The notes under the pieces are model-generated. The model was not told where the DNA came from. It saw only the letters and a list, made by a program, of their open reading frames with translations, and did not search any database. Positions 37,209-49,198 of a DNA stretch of 64,000 nt are shown piece after piece. The stretch's first letter is position 1; each line of letters begins with the position of its first letter. The stretch lies in the NCBI GenBank assembly GCA_020137815.1, contig CM035351.1, forward strand, positions 6,014,001 to 6,078,000. Reading direction: 5' to 3'. The stretch is from Hormiphora californensis (lineage: Eukaryota > Animalia > Ctenophora). Position numbers and translations under genes: made by a program.

Positions 37209-38516
37209 GGGTACGCTAACCAAAATTTTTTTTCGAGTGCAGGGAAATCTCTCACCGCAGGGTTGTAGGCCATGCCAAGGAGACCTCAAATATGCAATTT
37301 TAGCCCTCAAGTCGAATTCATATTTTTGCTACAGCCGTTTTAAAATCGTATTGAAAATTTCTGAAAAGACGTTTTTGATACCCTAAAAATACATTTTCAG
37401 GGCTAGAAGCTTAAAATTTTGGGGATTTGAAGGGGATAGGAAGGTTTATCGACACAAAAATTTTTATTAAAATCGGTGATGATTTTCGGTCGTGAGATTG
37501 ATTTACTTTTTTCCCTCTTAAAGGCCCTATTTAGCAAAGTTCCGAAAGTTTGTGAAGGCTGTAAATTGGTGAGAAGTTGCGTCTAACGATTATCTAAGTG
37601 GCCACAAATTTTTGGCGTGTCCTTATTTGAGACAAGTTGTACAGAGCTTTTTTTGTGAAAGCCGTTTTTTAGAAATAAAGAAATAGCCGGTATCTCAAAA
37701 ACGACTGATTTTAGAGACCTGAGACCAAGCTTAAACGATTCAGAAGGTCCGATTTTGGGGGGGTCTTCTGAGAGACATTTTTCTCCTACTTCAACGGTTT
37801 TACGCTGTAATTGCGAAAAAAGGATCTTAGCAAGAAGGGGCAAAAGAGGAGTTCACGACAGCCGGCTGTCGTGAACTCCTCTTTTGCCCTCTTCTAAAGG
37901 ATTTGTTTTCGCAATTACAGCAAAAACCGTTGAAGTAGGAGAAAAATGTCTCTCAGAAGACCCCCCCAAAATCGGACCTTCTGAATCGTTTAAGCTTGGT
38001 CTCAGGTCTCTAAAATCAGTCGTTTTTGAGATACAGGGTATTTCTTTATTTCTAAAAAAACGGCTTTCACAAAAAAAGCTCTGTACAACTTGTCTCAAAT
38101 AAGGACACGCCAAAAATTTGTGGCCACTTAGATAATCGTTAGACGCAACTTCTCACCAATTTACAGCCTTCACAAACTTTCGGAACTTTGCTAAATAGGG
38201 CCTTTAAGAGGGAAAAAAGTAAATCAATCTCACGACCGAAAATCTTCACCGATTTTAATAAAATTTTTTGTGTCGATAAACCTTCCTATCCCCTTCAAAT
38301 CTCCAAAATTTTAAGCTTCTAGCCCTGAAAATGTATTTTTAGAGTGTCAAAAACGTCTTTTCAGAAATTTTCAAGACGATTTTAAAACGGCTGTAGCAAA
38401 AATATGAATTCGACTTGAGGGCTAAAATTGCATATTTGAGGTCTCCTTGGCATGGCCTACAACCCTGCGGTGAGAGATTTCCCTGCACTCGAAAAAATTT
38501 TTTGGTTAGCGTACCC
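37209..38516. mobile_element. Foldback (fully palindromic) non-autonomous transposon, Kolobok-like
   Basis: TTAA|gggtacgctaacc ... ggttagcgtaccc|TTAA. Arms ~654 bp, near-identical, no spacer (centre gacagcc|ggctgtc at 37863/37864). Confidence 0.9.
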
Positions 38517-38776
38517 TTAACCCAGGTAGCGGGCTACCAACTTAATAAAAACTGGATGGGGTTATTACAGGTTGTATTATAATTGAGTGATGGTATTCTG
38601 AGTGACATAATTTGACATTAGCGTGTGTTAATTTGTTCGTTTGTGTGTGAGTGTATTCCCCCATGGATGTACTGAAATTTCTTTTAATATTTTTGGTTCA
38701 GCGAATAAACAATATATTCAGTTTTGTTTTGTAAGTTTAATTGTCGCTGTTTACTCAAAACAACTAACACTTTCAG

Positions 38777-39886
38777 ATGGCAGAGTTTTTAGCATCAATC
38801 TTTGGGACTGAAAAAGATCGAGTTAACTGCCCATTTTACTTCAAGACAGGTTGGTCCATTATTATTGCAACACCCCAACTCTCCCTCAACACATCCCCGA
38901 CTCCCCAAACACTCCCTAAACTTCCCCAAAACTCCCATCTCACTCAACCAACAATCCCCCAGCAATCCCTCAAAATTCCCTCCCTCAACCCCCATCTCAC
39001 TCCCCAACTCTAATTTCAGGTGCGTGTACCCATGGTAACCGATGTTCGAGACAGCACAACAGGCCAACATACAGCCAGACAGTCCTACTGAATCACATGT
39101 ACCTGAGCCCCTCTAATGCTTCCCTTAATACCGTCACACAGGGAGCTGCAGGGGCCAGGGGAAACGGGGGCGCCTTCACAGAGGTAGGTGGGTTGGGGCA
39201 GCCGGGGTTAGTAGGTTGTTATGGTTACTATGTTACCAGGTTGTTATGGTTACTATGGCAGCAGGGATAAGTTAGTTACCATATAGTTACAAGTTAGTTA
39301 CCATGGTTAGTTGCTATGGTTACCAGTTAGTTACCATGGCTACCACTCTCATCCCATCTTCCAGGAGTTTCTACAGCAACATTATGATGATTTCTTCGAG
39401 GACATCTACGTTGAGTTAGAGGATAAATATGGGCCCGTATTGGAGCTGAATGTGTGCGAGAATCTGGGCGATCATTTAATCGGTGAGTAAGAATTAATTA
39501 ATTGCTTAATTAATTGGGGTGTGAATATCAATTGTTTTGCTCCGAATCTCCCACGAATTTAATGTACAATACCCTACTCAGGTAACATCTACATACTATT
39601 CAAATCTGAAGAGGACGCAGCAAAATGTGTTGAAAGTCTGAACAACAGGTGGTTTGATAAGAAACCCATCTACGCAGAACTCTCTCCAGTGACAGATTTC
39701 AGGGAGGCATGCTGCAGACAACACGAGACAAGTGAATGTACACGTGGTGGGTACTGCAATTTTCTCCACGTTAAACCATGTTCCAGGGAGTTGAGGTCGA
39801 AACTTGGTCTGGAGAATTATGGAAAGGGAAGGAATATAAAGAAGAAGTCGTCGAGGCATAGCAGTAGTAGGTCAAGGAGGCACTAA
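38777..39886 (+). CDS. U2AF1: Splicing factor U2AF small subunit (U2AF35), 4 exons
   Basis: [25 protein letters not shown]|[24 protein letters not shown]|[20 protein letters not shown]...[11 protein letters not shown]. Confidence 0.97.
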
Positions 39887-40431
39887 AGCTACGGAGTTGA
39901 GACTTTGTGGTATTGTGTGTGTGAGAGAAAGACGGTGTGAATGAAATACTGTGAGTGTGAATCCGTTGTTCAAAGTGTGAGTTGTCAGAATCGCTGAACA
40001 ATATTAACGGTGTGAGTATTTGTGTGTGAATACCGGGTGTGAATACTTGTGTGTGTGTGTGAGGGATTTGGTAAATGTGTAAGATAAGATATATTCGTAC
40101 AGACAAGACAATTTTTCCGGGATTTTCCCCAAAAATGAAAGCACAGTAAATTACATAGGTATAGATGATGAATTGTTTATAGGCATCTACAGATTATGTT
40201 CTCATTTGCTAACATGTTATAGTTCAGCACATGTCCCCTTCTTGTGTTATTATGTTCCCCCTCCCTTTGTATAATCCCAAGTCTAGTCTCCCAACACTTG
40301 TCCCCTAACACAGCTCGTATTAGTAAACCACTCTTCTAGCCCCAACATTGGCCTGACCCTATTCTCAGGCTGACAGCATCCCCTAACATTCTATAACAGC
40401 TTGTAAAACACTCTTCTAGCTCTCCAACATC

Positions 40432-43400
40432 ATGGATCATGGTATTGACGAGGCAGAGTTGTATGAGCTGGAGATGGAGGCGAGGTTGGCTGAGGAGGAG
40501 GAGATAATGAGAGAGATGGAACAGAGCCAGAACAGAGACTTGGCACAGAGCCACAACCAGGCTGATGATGAGGTGGCACACTGGAAGAAATTACTGTAAG
40601 TTGGTACTTGGTATTAGTTTGATGTATACGGGGATTTTATTTTTATAAGATGATTATTAATGTTTGGTTTTTCAATAAAAAAGTCAGGAATCGAACCCGG
40701 ATTTACAAAAAGTCAGTGCGATGGCCGGGAATCGAACCTGTATTTACAAAAAGTCAGTGCGATGGCCGGGAATCGAACCCGGATTTACAAAAAGTCAGTG
40801 CGATGGCCGGGAATCGAACCCGGATTTACAAAAAGTCAGTGCGATGGCCGGGAATCGAACCCGGATCAACTGCTTGGAAGGCAACTATGCTGACCATTAC
40901 ACCACCATCGCTGATATCAAACCTGCACACTCTACTGTCACAATACCGACACACAGTACGCACTGGGTCTATAGTTTGTGTGTGTGTTTGCTGCTTGAAC
41001 AACAAGCACCCGAGGCAAACACCTTTTCCTGGTTCAACAGCCCACAATATAAACAGAGTGACAGCCCACTGTGTGTGGGTATTGTGACAGTAGAGTGTGC
41101 AAGTTTGACATGAGCGATGGTGGTGTAATGGTCAGCATAGTTGCCTTCCAAGCAGTTGATCCGGGTTCGATTCCCGGCCATCGCACTGACTTTTTGTAAA
41201 TCCGGGTTCGATTCCCGGCCATCACATCGCACTGACTTAATAAATCTGAATTCTGGAATAAGTGATGCGTAGTTTAGATTAAAATAAAAGCACGCTATGG
41301 GACTTGAAACTGTTCAGTGTTTGTTTTCCATCTAACCGATATTTCTATCTAGGGGAGAGGGAAGTAGCAGTAAACCAAAGGATAAGGAAAATCAACCACC
41401 TAATTCTGCTGCTGAATCCCAGCCGGATTCGTATCCTGTGATAGAATTTAGTTTCATGAATGATCCAACTCCAGCTCCAATACAGGTTTGTTCAACCTTG
41501 TATACTTTCGCCCATTGGGCAGGAGTAGAATGTAGATAAGATAACAGGCACACTTGTTCAGACGACGTCATAACTGAAGGAAAATTGAAAATGTTTCGGA
41601 TGACCAACTGGTTTTCTATTCTTACATCTGTCCTTCCCCAGATCTCAAATGCCTTCAAGAGGAAAGCTACCAGCACAGCAGCTGCGGATTTCGGTCTCCC
41701 TGAAGCGCTAGAGCCACTGCATGTAGGGGGAGATATTACTGCAGCAGTTGTTCCACACCAAAAACGCTCCAAAGCAGATCTGGAATCAGCCAAGGTATCC
41801 TTAATTTTGTGAGCGCAAAATCACATTAGCTCATTTTGCCATCCCAATTAGAAGGTACTACAACCTCGTTTCTCCCTCCCAGGTGTTCAACAGAATACCG
41901 GATGGTGATTATCTAAGAGTGAATACAGATGAGAAAAGGGTGTTCCTGAAGGTCAGAAGGAACATTCCCCCTCCACCGCCCGGTACCAAGAACACCTCTG
42001 GACACCTTCTGGCACAACCATTCGAATATATTAAATCACAGGTCAGTGGGTTACCAGCCATATTTTGTGTTAGTTAGGGGATTATAGGCAGATTTAGGCC
42101 CTGACTGGGAAAAAATTTGCAACAAGCTAATTCCTTCACTAATGTGTTCCTAAGGGTCTCCACTAAGCCCCCAGAAAAGTGTAACGCGGTGCGAGGGGTG
42201 CAACATGGTCATTTCCGGTTGGGCGTGGCCGCACATGGTGAAGATTGACACTTTCGTTCCCTTTGGGTTAAATAGTAAAATGAGGACATTAAAATGTGCA
42301 GAATCGACGGGTTAGTGGGGGTAGAACATGGCAAAATTAAAATTCCACGATTATTTTATGAGATAATTGCATAATTAGCATAATTAGTGCTTGCGCAAGG
42401 TAAATTTGATGGTTAATGGGGTAGGATGGGTTTGGACCCGGAAAAAAGATCTACTCCGACCGAAAACACCGTGTTAGTAGGGGTAGAGCATGTCAGATTT
42501 TTAATTAAACCATTTTCTAATGAGATAATTGCATAATTAGTAGACTAATTATCGAAAAAGTTTAAAAATTGGAACTTTGGATCCGGAAAAAGATCTACCC
42601 CGACCAAAAACAGCGTGTTAGTGGGGGTAGAGCATGTCAAAATTACCCTCAAACCATTTGCTAATGATATGACCCTTCCAGATACCCTCAGACCCTACCT
42701 GATACCCATCTGATCCTCCCAGATACCCCTCAGAGCCTACCTGATACCCTTCTAACCCTCTTAAATACTCCTCAGACCCTACTTGATACCTCACTGACCA
42801 TCCCAGATACCCCTCATATCCTCCAAGATAGCCCCCTAGACCGTGCTAGGTACCTCTCAGACCCTAAGAGATACCTCTCTGACCCTCCAAGATACCCCTC
42901 AGACCCTGCTAGGTACCCCTCTGACCCTCCCAGATAGCCCTTAGACCGTGATAAATACCTCTGAGCGAGTGTGATGCAGAAAATCTGAGTGGTTTCTAGC
43001 ATGCTTTGAGAGGTATTTAGCACGGTGTTAGACCCTCTGACCGTGCTAGATACCCCTTTGAGCACGGTCTGAGGGGAATCAGGTCAAAGGGCCATCTAGT
43101 TGGATCTGAGGGGTATCAGTTAGGGTCTTAGGGGTAACTAGTAGGGTTTGAGGAGTTTCAGATAGGGTCTTACGGGTATTTAGTACGGCCTGAGCGGTAT
43201 CTGAGATGGTCAGAGAGGTATTTAGTATGGTCTGAGGGGTATCTAGCACGGTCTCAGGGCTATCTAGGACGGTCAGAGGGGGTATCAGGTAGGGTCTGAG
43301 GGGTATCTGGGATGGTCAGAGAGGTATTTAGTATGGTCTGAGGGGTATCTAGCACGGTCTCAGGGCTATCTAGGACGGTCAGAGGGGTATCAGGTAGGGT

Positions 43401-46400
43401 CTGAGGGGTATCTGGGATGGTCAGAAAGGTGTCTAGTAGGGTCTGAGGGGTATCTAGCACGGTCTCAGGGCTATCTAGGACGGTCAGAAGGGGTATCAGG
43501 TAGGGTCTGAGGGGTATCTGGGATGGTCAGAGAGGTGTCTAGTAGGGTCTGCGGGATATCTAGCACGGCGTGAGGGGTATCTAGGACGGTCAGAAGGGGT
43601 ATCAGGTAGGGTCTGAGGGGTATCTGGGATGGTCAGAGAGGTGTCTAGTAGGGTCTGCGGGATATCTAGCACGGCGTGAGGGGTATCTAGGACGGTCAGA
43701 ACTCAGAGGGGTATCAGGTAGGGTCTCAGGGGTATCTGGGATGGTCAGAGAGGTATCTAGTATGGTCTGCGGGATATCTAGCACGGTCTAAGGGCTATCT
43801 GGGATGGTCAGAGAGGTGTCTAGTAGGGTCTGCGGGATATCTAGCACGGCCTGAGGGGTATCTAGGACGGTCAGAGGGATATCAGGTAGGGTCTCAGGGG
43901 TATCTGGGATGGTCAGAGAAGTATCTAGTAGGGTCTGCGGGATATCTAGCACGGTCTAAGGGCTATCTGGGATGGTCAGAGGGGTATCAGATAGGGTCTG
44001 AGGGGTATCTGGGAGGATCAGAGGGGTATCAGGTAGGGTCTGAGGGGTATCTGGGAGGGTCATATCATTAGCAAATGGTTTGAGGGTAATTTTGACATGC
44101 TCTACCCCCACTAACACGCTGTTTTTGGTCGGGGTAGATCTTTTTCCGGATCCAAAGTTCCAATTTTTAAACTTTTTCGATAATTAGTCTACTAATTATG
44201 CAATTATCTCATTAGAAAATCGTTTAATTAAAATTCTGACATGCTCTACCCCTACTAACACGATGTTTTCGGTCGGAGTAGATATTTTTCTGGGTCCAAA
44301 CCCATCCTACCCCATTAACCATCAAATTTAGCTTGCGTGAGCACTAATTATGCTAATTATGTAATTATCTCATAAAATAATCATGGAATTTTAATTTTGA
44401 CATGTTCTACCCCCACTAACCCGTCGATTCTGCACATTTTAATGTCCTCATTTTACTATTTAACCCAAAGGGAACGAAAGTGTCAATCTTCACCATGTGC
44501 GGCCACGCCCAACCGGAAATGACCATGTTGCACCCCTCGCACCGCGTTACACTTTTCTGGGGGCTTAGTGGAGACCCTTAGGAACACATTAGTGAAGGAA
44601 TTAGCTTGTTGCAAATTTTTTCCCATTCATGAGCCTTTGTCCCCTAACTATGTGTAATTATCGCTCACAGTTGTGATATGATTCCGAATTTGGCGGAGTG
44701 ATAGTAAGTTTCACTGCAGGATTTGCCCCAACAACTCTCTTCCCAGGTAATGAGGGGATATCACGACAAAGTAATAGAGGTGGCCGCTGCAGTAGATCGG
44801 ATCAGATCACATATTGTACCGGCTCAGGTTGCAGATCAAGTTCCAATCGAGGCTAACTTGTGGGTCGATAAATTCCTGTAAGTCCCTCCCCAGTTAGCTC
44901 CTTCATAAACAAATCCGTGCTCCTTCATCTGTGCTCCTGTATTTGTGCTCCTTCATAAAACATTTCATAACACTCTCCCTAGGCCCAAGAAGTATGTGGA
45001 GCTGCTAAGTGACGATGGTGTCAACCGACAGGTCCTCCACTGGCTCAAGTTATGGGATGGTGTGGTGTTCGGAAGGAAGATGAGAGAGAAAGCACCTGTT
45101 CAGAAACCCAAATGGGCTACAATGGAGGAGTTTCAGCGCTGGCAAAGAAATCAGGAACCCGATTATGATGAAAAGGGATTCCCCTTTAAAAAGGTAGGTA
45201 AATTATAACCAGCACCAAAATAGCCGCAGCTAGATCTAACCCAATAATAACTGACCCTTTTATTTATTATTTATAATGTTGAATGTTACACAGAATCCCT
45301 CTCATTCCTCACACTCACCTCTTCAGACAGTGCTACTGGCAGGACCTCCTGGGCTGGGTAAGACAACCCTGGCACATGTTACAGCCCAACACGCTGGATA
45401 CAATGTAGTGGAGATGAATGCCAGCGATGACCGGTTAGTACGGCCCACTCCCCCAAGCCCCATTAGTACAGGGGCCTCCCTTTTAGTACTGCGGGGACCT
45501 TAGACTTTAGTACATGGCACCCCCCCCCCCTGAGTACATAATCATGATAATAGGGGCCTCCCGGCCTCCCCCTTTAGTACGTGTGTGAAATTGATCTGTG
45601 TGACTCATTCTGAAATGCGTGGGCCGTGACTATCCACTGTGCTGTCACATGAGACAATAGTCGTGGTTTTTTGTAGTACCAACTCTTTAGAATCCTATTA
45701 TCATCTCACTACAGGGGAGCGGCACAGTTCTCCGAGGCTATAGAGAACGCAGTGAGGATGACAGCATCCCTGACTGGTGACAAGAGACCAAACTGTCTTG
45801 TAATCGATGAAATTGATGGAGCTGGTGCTCCTGCTATCCAGGTACATAAATCAAAATTAATTGGTTAATTAATTGATGATATTTACATGTATTTATGATA
45901 ATACTTGCTTGATATTGGGGGATATTAGGTGTTTGCCATCACTTCCAGAAGTACCACCACAATCACACACCCCATACTAGGTGCTGGTAAAGGTTCTAAT
46001 GGCAGGAGGAGCCCCCATAGAACCTGGCGAGAAGAAGAAGAAAAAGGACAAACGGTTGAGGCGACCTATCATATGCATTTGTAACGATCCTTGGGTTGCT
46101 GCTCTACGAGACCTGAGAAGGGTAGCCACTATTATCACCTTCCCACCTACCCAAAGTGCCAGGCTAGCGTATAGGCTGAAGAGTATCTGTAGTATGGAAC
46201 AACTAACTGCTGATATGGCCAGTCTACTTTATCTATGCGAGAAAACTGATAATGACATCAGGTATGTTAATCCAAATTGTATCGAATCAATCTGTCAGTC
46301 TGTCAAGTGTCAGACGTTAACGAAACCATGAGGTCCCTTTCTGTGCTTGAACAATTCAAGTTATTTGTAGTACTGTTTAGTAAACAGTGTTTACTAAACT

Positions 46401-48480
46401 TTAATTCCCCTCCTCTCCAGGAGTTCCCTAAACACGCTCCAGTTCCTGAGGAGCAAACAGGAGCCCCTGAGTATGGTCCGAATTAAGGGGATGGATGTGG
46501 GGGCGAAGGATCGGCAACAGAGCCTCTTCAAGTTTTGGAGCTCCATATTCACACAGGCCAAGAAACAGGGTAATGCTCTGTCGAAGAGCAATCAGGGGAC
46601 ACAGAAACGGTAAATTACAGTTGTATCCCCCTTGATTGGGTGTGTGTAAATATTTGATTTTCATTGTTTTCCGTACCCTTTCTAAATTTTACCCCGATAA
46701 AATACCGTGAATCGTGAAGTGTGAAACCCTGGATACACCGTTCCACCGAACCCATGTTTATAGATGTCAGGGCCCCTCTTCTGAAAAATGCACCTATCCT
46801 ACCAACTTTCTACTCCTCCACCAGTTTGGAGGATCTCATATCTCTTGTTATGGGGACGGGAGAGTACGAGCGGCAGGTGGATGGTATACATGAAAACCTC
46901 CTTAATCTGAAGATCAGAGATGCCAAGTTTCCCGATCTTGCTGAGTCTCTCGATTGGTTCCTCTTCTATGATACTTTGGGTAATTGTTTATATCTTGTTG
47001 CTCCATATATCTGCAGCAACACCACTATTTCTGCCTTAGACCCCACGATTTCTGAGCTTTCTGGCAGAATATTCTCCCCATATTTCGTAACTAAATCCTT
47101 CTGTTTTCTCAGACCAGGAAGTTAGGCACACTATGAACTTTGAGCTGGGAGTGTACTCTAAGTATGTTCCCATTGCGTTCCACCTCCTCTTCTCCCAAAT
47201 CCACCCTCCCAAAGTTGTCATCCCACAGAAACAACGGGAAACTCGACTAAAGCAACAGGTATTTAAACCGTCTCGGATAAAACAACTTGCCAACTGTGCA
47301 GTTCTAACTGATATCTGATCCCTTTTTTATTAGGTGATGTTTTCATAACTTCCTTTTTCTATATCATTCACGTGATTTAAACTCTACAGGAAGTAGGAGA
47401 AATAAGTGACATGGTTCGGAGAGAGGCCCTTCCCCTGGGTCGACTATCACTGACCCCCAACTACATTACCACCGAACTGGCACCCTACATATCCCGTCTC
47501 CTCTGTCCTCCCTTCAGGCCCGTCAATGTACAGGTTGGTAGCGTGGAATGTTCAGATTGTCTACTAGACAATGTCTAGCCAGGCGAGTGCGACAGCTCTT
47601 ACCGTTATACCGAACTAGAAAACTGATCAGTATGAACGGGATTCAAAAACCCGGTTAATATATCTTGGATTCGCCCCTCCATGATGCGTTTACCAATACT
47701 AACCCAAGATCCCTCCTCCCTATAGTTATACAGTGCGAGAGAGAAGGAGGCTAAGGACACCTTGGTATCTCTGATGGCTTGCTACGATCTACAGTTTGTG
47801 CAGAGGAAGACCCCTGAGGGGTTAACTCAATATGTGTTGGAACCTGATCTGTACAGCCTTACAACGTTTAGTACTATTGAGGGGATGAAGCAACTTCCTT
47901 ACTCCATCAAGCAGATGCTAGCCAGAGAGGTAGGTTGTAGTTACTAGTAAAACTGGGGCGATCGTAACGATCGCAAATCGAGGAATCTGTTTCTATCCCA
48001 TTTCTATCTTTGTCTCTCTGTCTGTCTGTGTGATGTGAACCCTCAAGTTCGCAAGTTAGTTAGTTGTCACTAGTTAGGGCAGGGCTCATCCTTGTCTACC
48101 GAACTAGTAGGAACAAGTGTGGTGGGGCAGTTGGGAAATGGGGCGAGATGTAAGGTGATAGTCTACTCAATATCTACTCACTTTAGGTTGATTTAAAACG
48201 AATTGGGGGAGTTGATAACAGCACTAAAACCACAACAACAACAAAAGATCAAGTTGAGGGTGAGGAGGAGGAGAAGGTGCAGAAGAAGACTCTTCCAAAG
48301 ATTGATTTTACCAAGGAAGAAAAGGCACCTGTCAATTATTTGTCTAAAATTGTGCGAAACAAGGAGGCATTCTCGAGGAAGAAAGACGCTTATGTTCAGA
48401 AGGAGAGGACCTTCTTTAAATTTAACGAGGGATTCTCAAATGCTGTCAGAAAACCCGTCAAAATGGGATCTTTTTTCTAG
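40432..48480 (+). CDS. CHTF18: Chromosome transmission fidelity protein 18 (RFC-like clamp loader), multi-exon
   Basis: LWVDKF|..[25 protein letters not shown], Walker [40 protein letters not shown], and C-terminal [15 protein letters not shown]. Confidence 0.95.
40680..40860 (-). repeat. 41-bp tandem repeat of tRNA T-arm, acceptor 3' strand and terminator
   Basis: (ccggatttacaaaaagtcagtgcgatggccgggaatcgaac) about 4 times. One more partial unit at 41186-41238 on the + side. Confidence 0.9.
40840..40911 (-). tRNA. tRNA-Gly (TCC)
   Basis: 72-nt exact reverse complement of 41114-41185, followed by a T5 terminator. Confidence 0.93.
41114..41185 (+). tRNA. tRNA-Gly (TCC)
   Basis: GCGATGGTGGTGTAATGGTCAGCATAGTTGCCTTCCAAGCAGTTGATCCGGGTTCGATTCCCGGCCATCGCA. 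A and B boxes, TCC anticodon, then ctgacTTTTT. Confidence 0.95.
42071..44650. mobile_element. Foldback transposon with ~600-bp TIRs and an internal ~20-bp satellite (Academ-like termini) in a CHTF18 intron
   Basis: Termini tagttagggga / tcccctaacta with TSD tgt (or tgtgt). Arms 42100-42680 and 44050-44625. Core of gggtctgaggggtatct-type repeats that switches orientation near 43060. Confidence 0.85.
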
Positions 48481-49198
48481 CAGTTGGCGATAAATAACAC
48501 CCTGTTGGTTTTTCAATGATATTTATATGTATTTTAACAATTTAGTAATTTTATTTGACACATGCAGTTGTACTGATAATGAAAATGCGTGTTTTATTTT
48601 GATCAACGTCATAAATCTACTACGTGATGCCTCGGCGGACAATTGAGTTTTATGCTGCTTTTATAGCTTGCGCGGCGCGCCTTATAGCATGAGCATTTCA
48701 TTCAGCTTTTGTAAAAAATTTCAAAACTTCCGCGTCAACAAAATTTTTTTCAAAACGTGAAAATTTTCCGGTTTCCAGCTCCTGGGCCCCGCCTTCGCCC
48801 TCCCTGCGTGTGGGGTGTCAAGCCCCCTGACCGTGGCTGCCGCCCCGACCTCTGAAAAACACGCTGGGCCTTGTCTGGCGGCGTCGATCCGATCTCTGGG
48901 CACTGTCGAGAATCAGAACGAGGTCTGGCGGCACCAAACAGGCTGGGCCTGAGTCGGAGCTCCGTAAATAAGAAACCGTACAATGTTCAGGTCAGCACTG
49001 TAGGACCTTTTTTGACCAAGTAGCTCAGAAAAGCTCCTGCACTTCAATTGAACTGTTATGCCATCAGCACGGCAACTGTGGTTGGAGGACACTGGTCAGT
49101 GGTCAGTGGTCACGCAGTGCAGACCTGGACATTTCCGAGCTAATTCATTATGTAGCAATTAGCAAACATATTTTACGCTTCGTTTTTCACCCATTTAA

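Noticed and set aside
37583-38113. Mirror-image ORFs in the palindrome as a possible transposase
   Set aside because: Short, no DDE motifs, and produced by the inverted symmetry.
40336-40581. Minus-strand hydrophobic 81-aa ORF
   Set aside because: Antisense shadow of CHTF18 exon 1.
40680-40860. CRISPR-like regular repeats
   Set aside because: Head-to-tail tRNA-derived units with no unique spacers, in a eukaryotic context with no cas genes.
42814-43784. Repetitive LDTPQT-type ORFs
   Set aside because: Translations of the satellite core.
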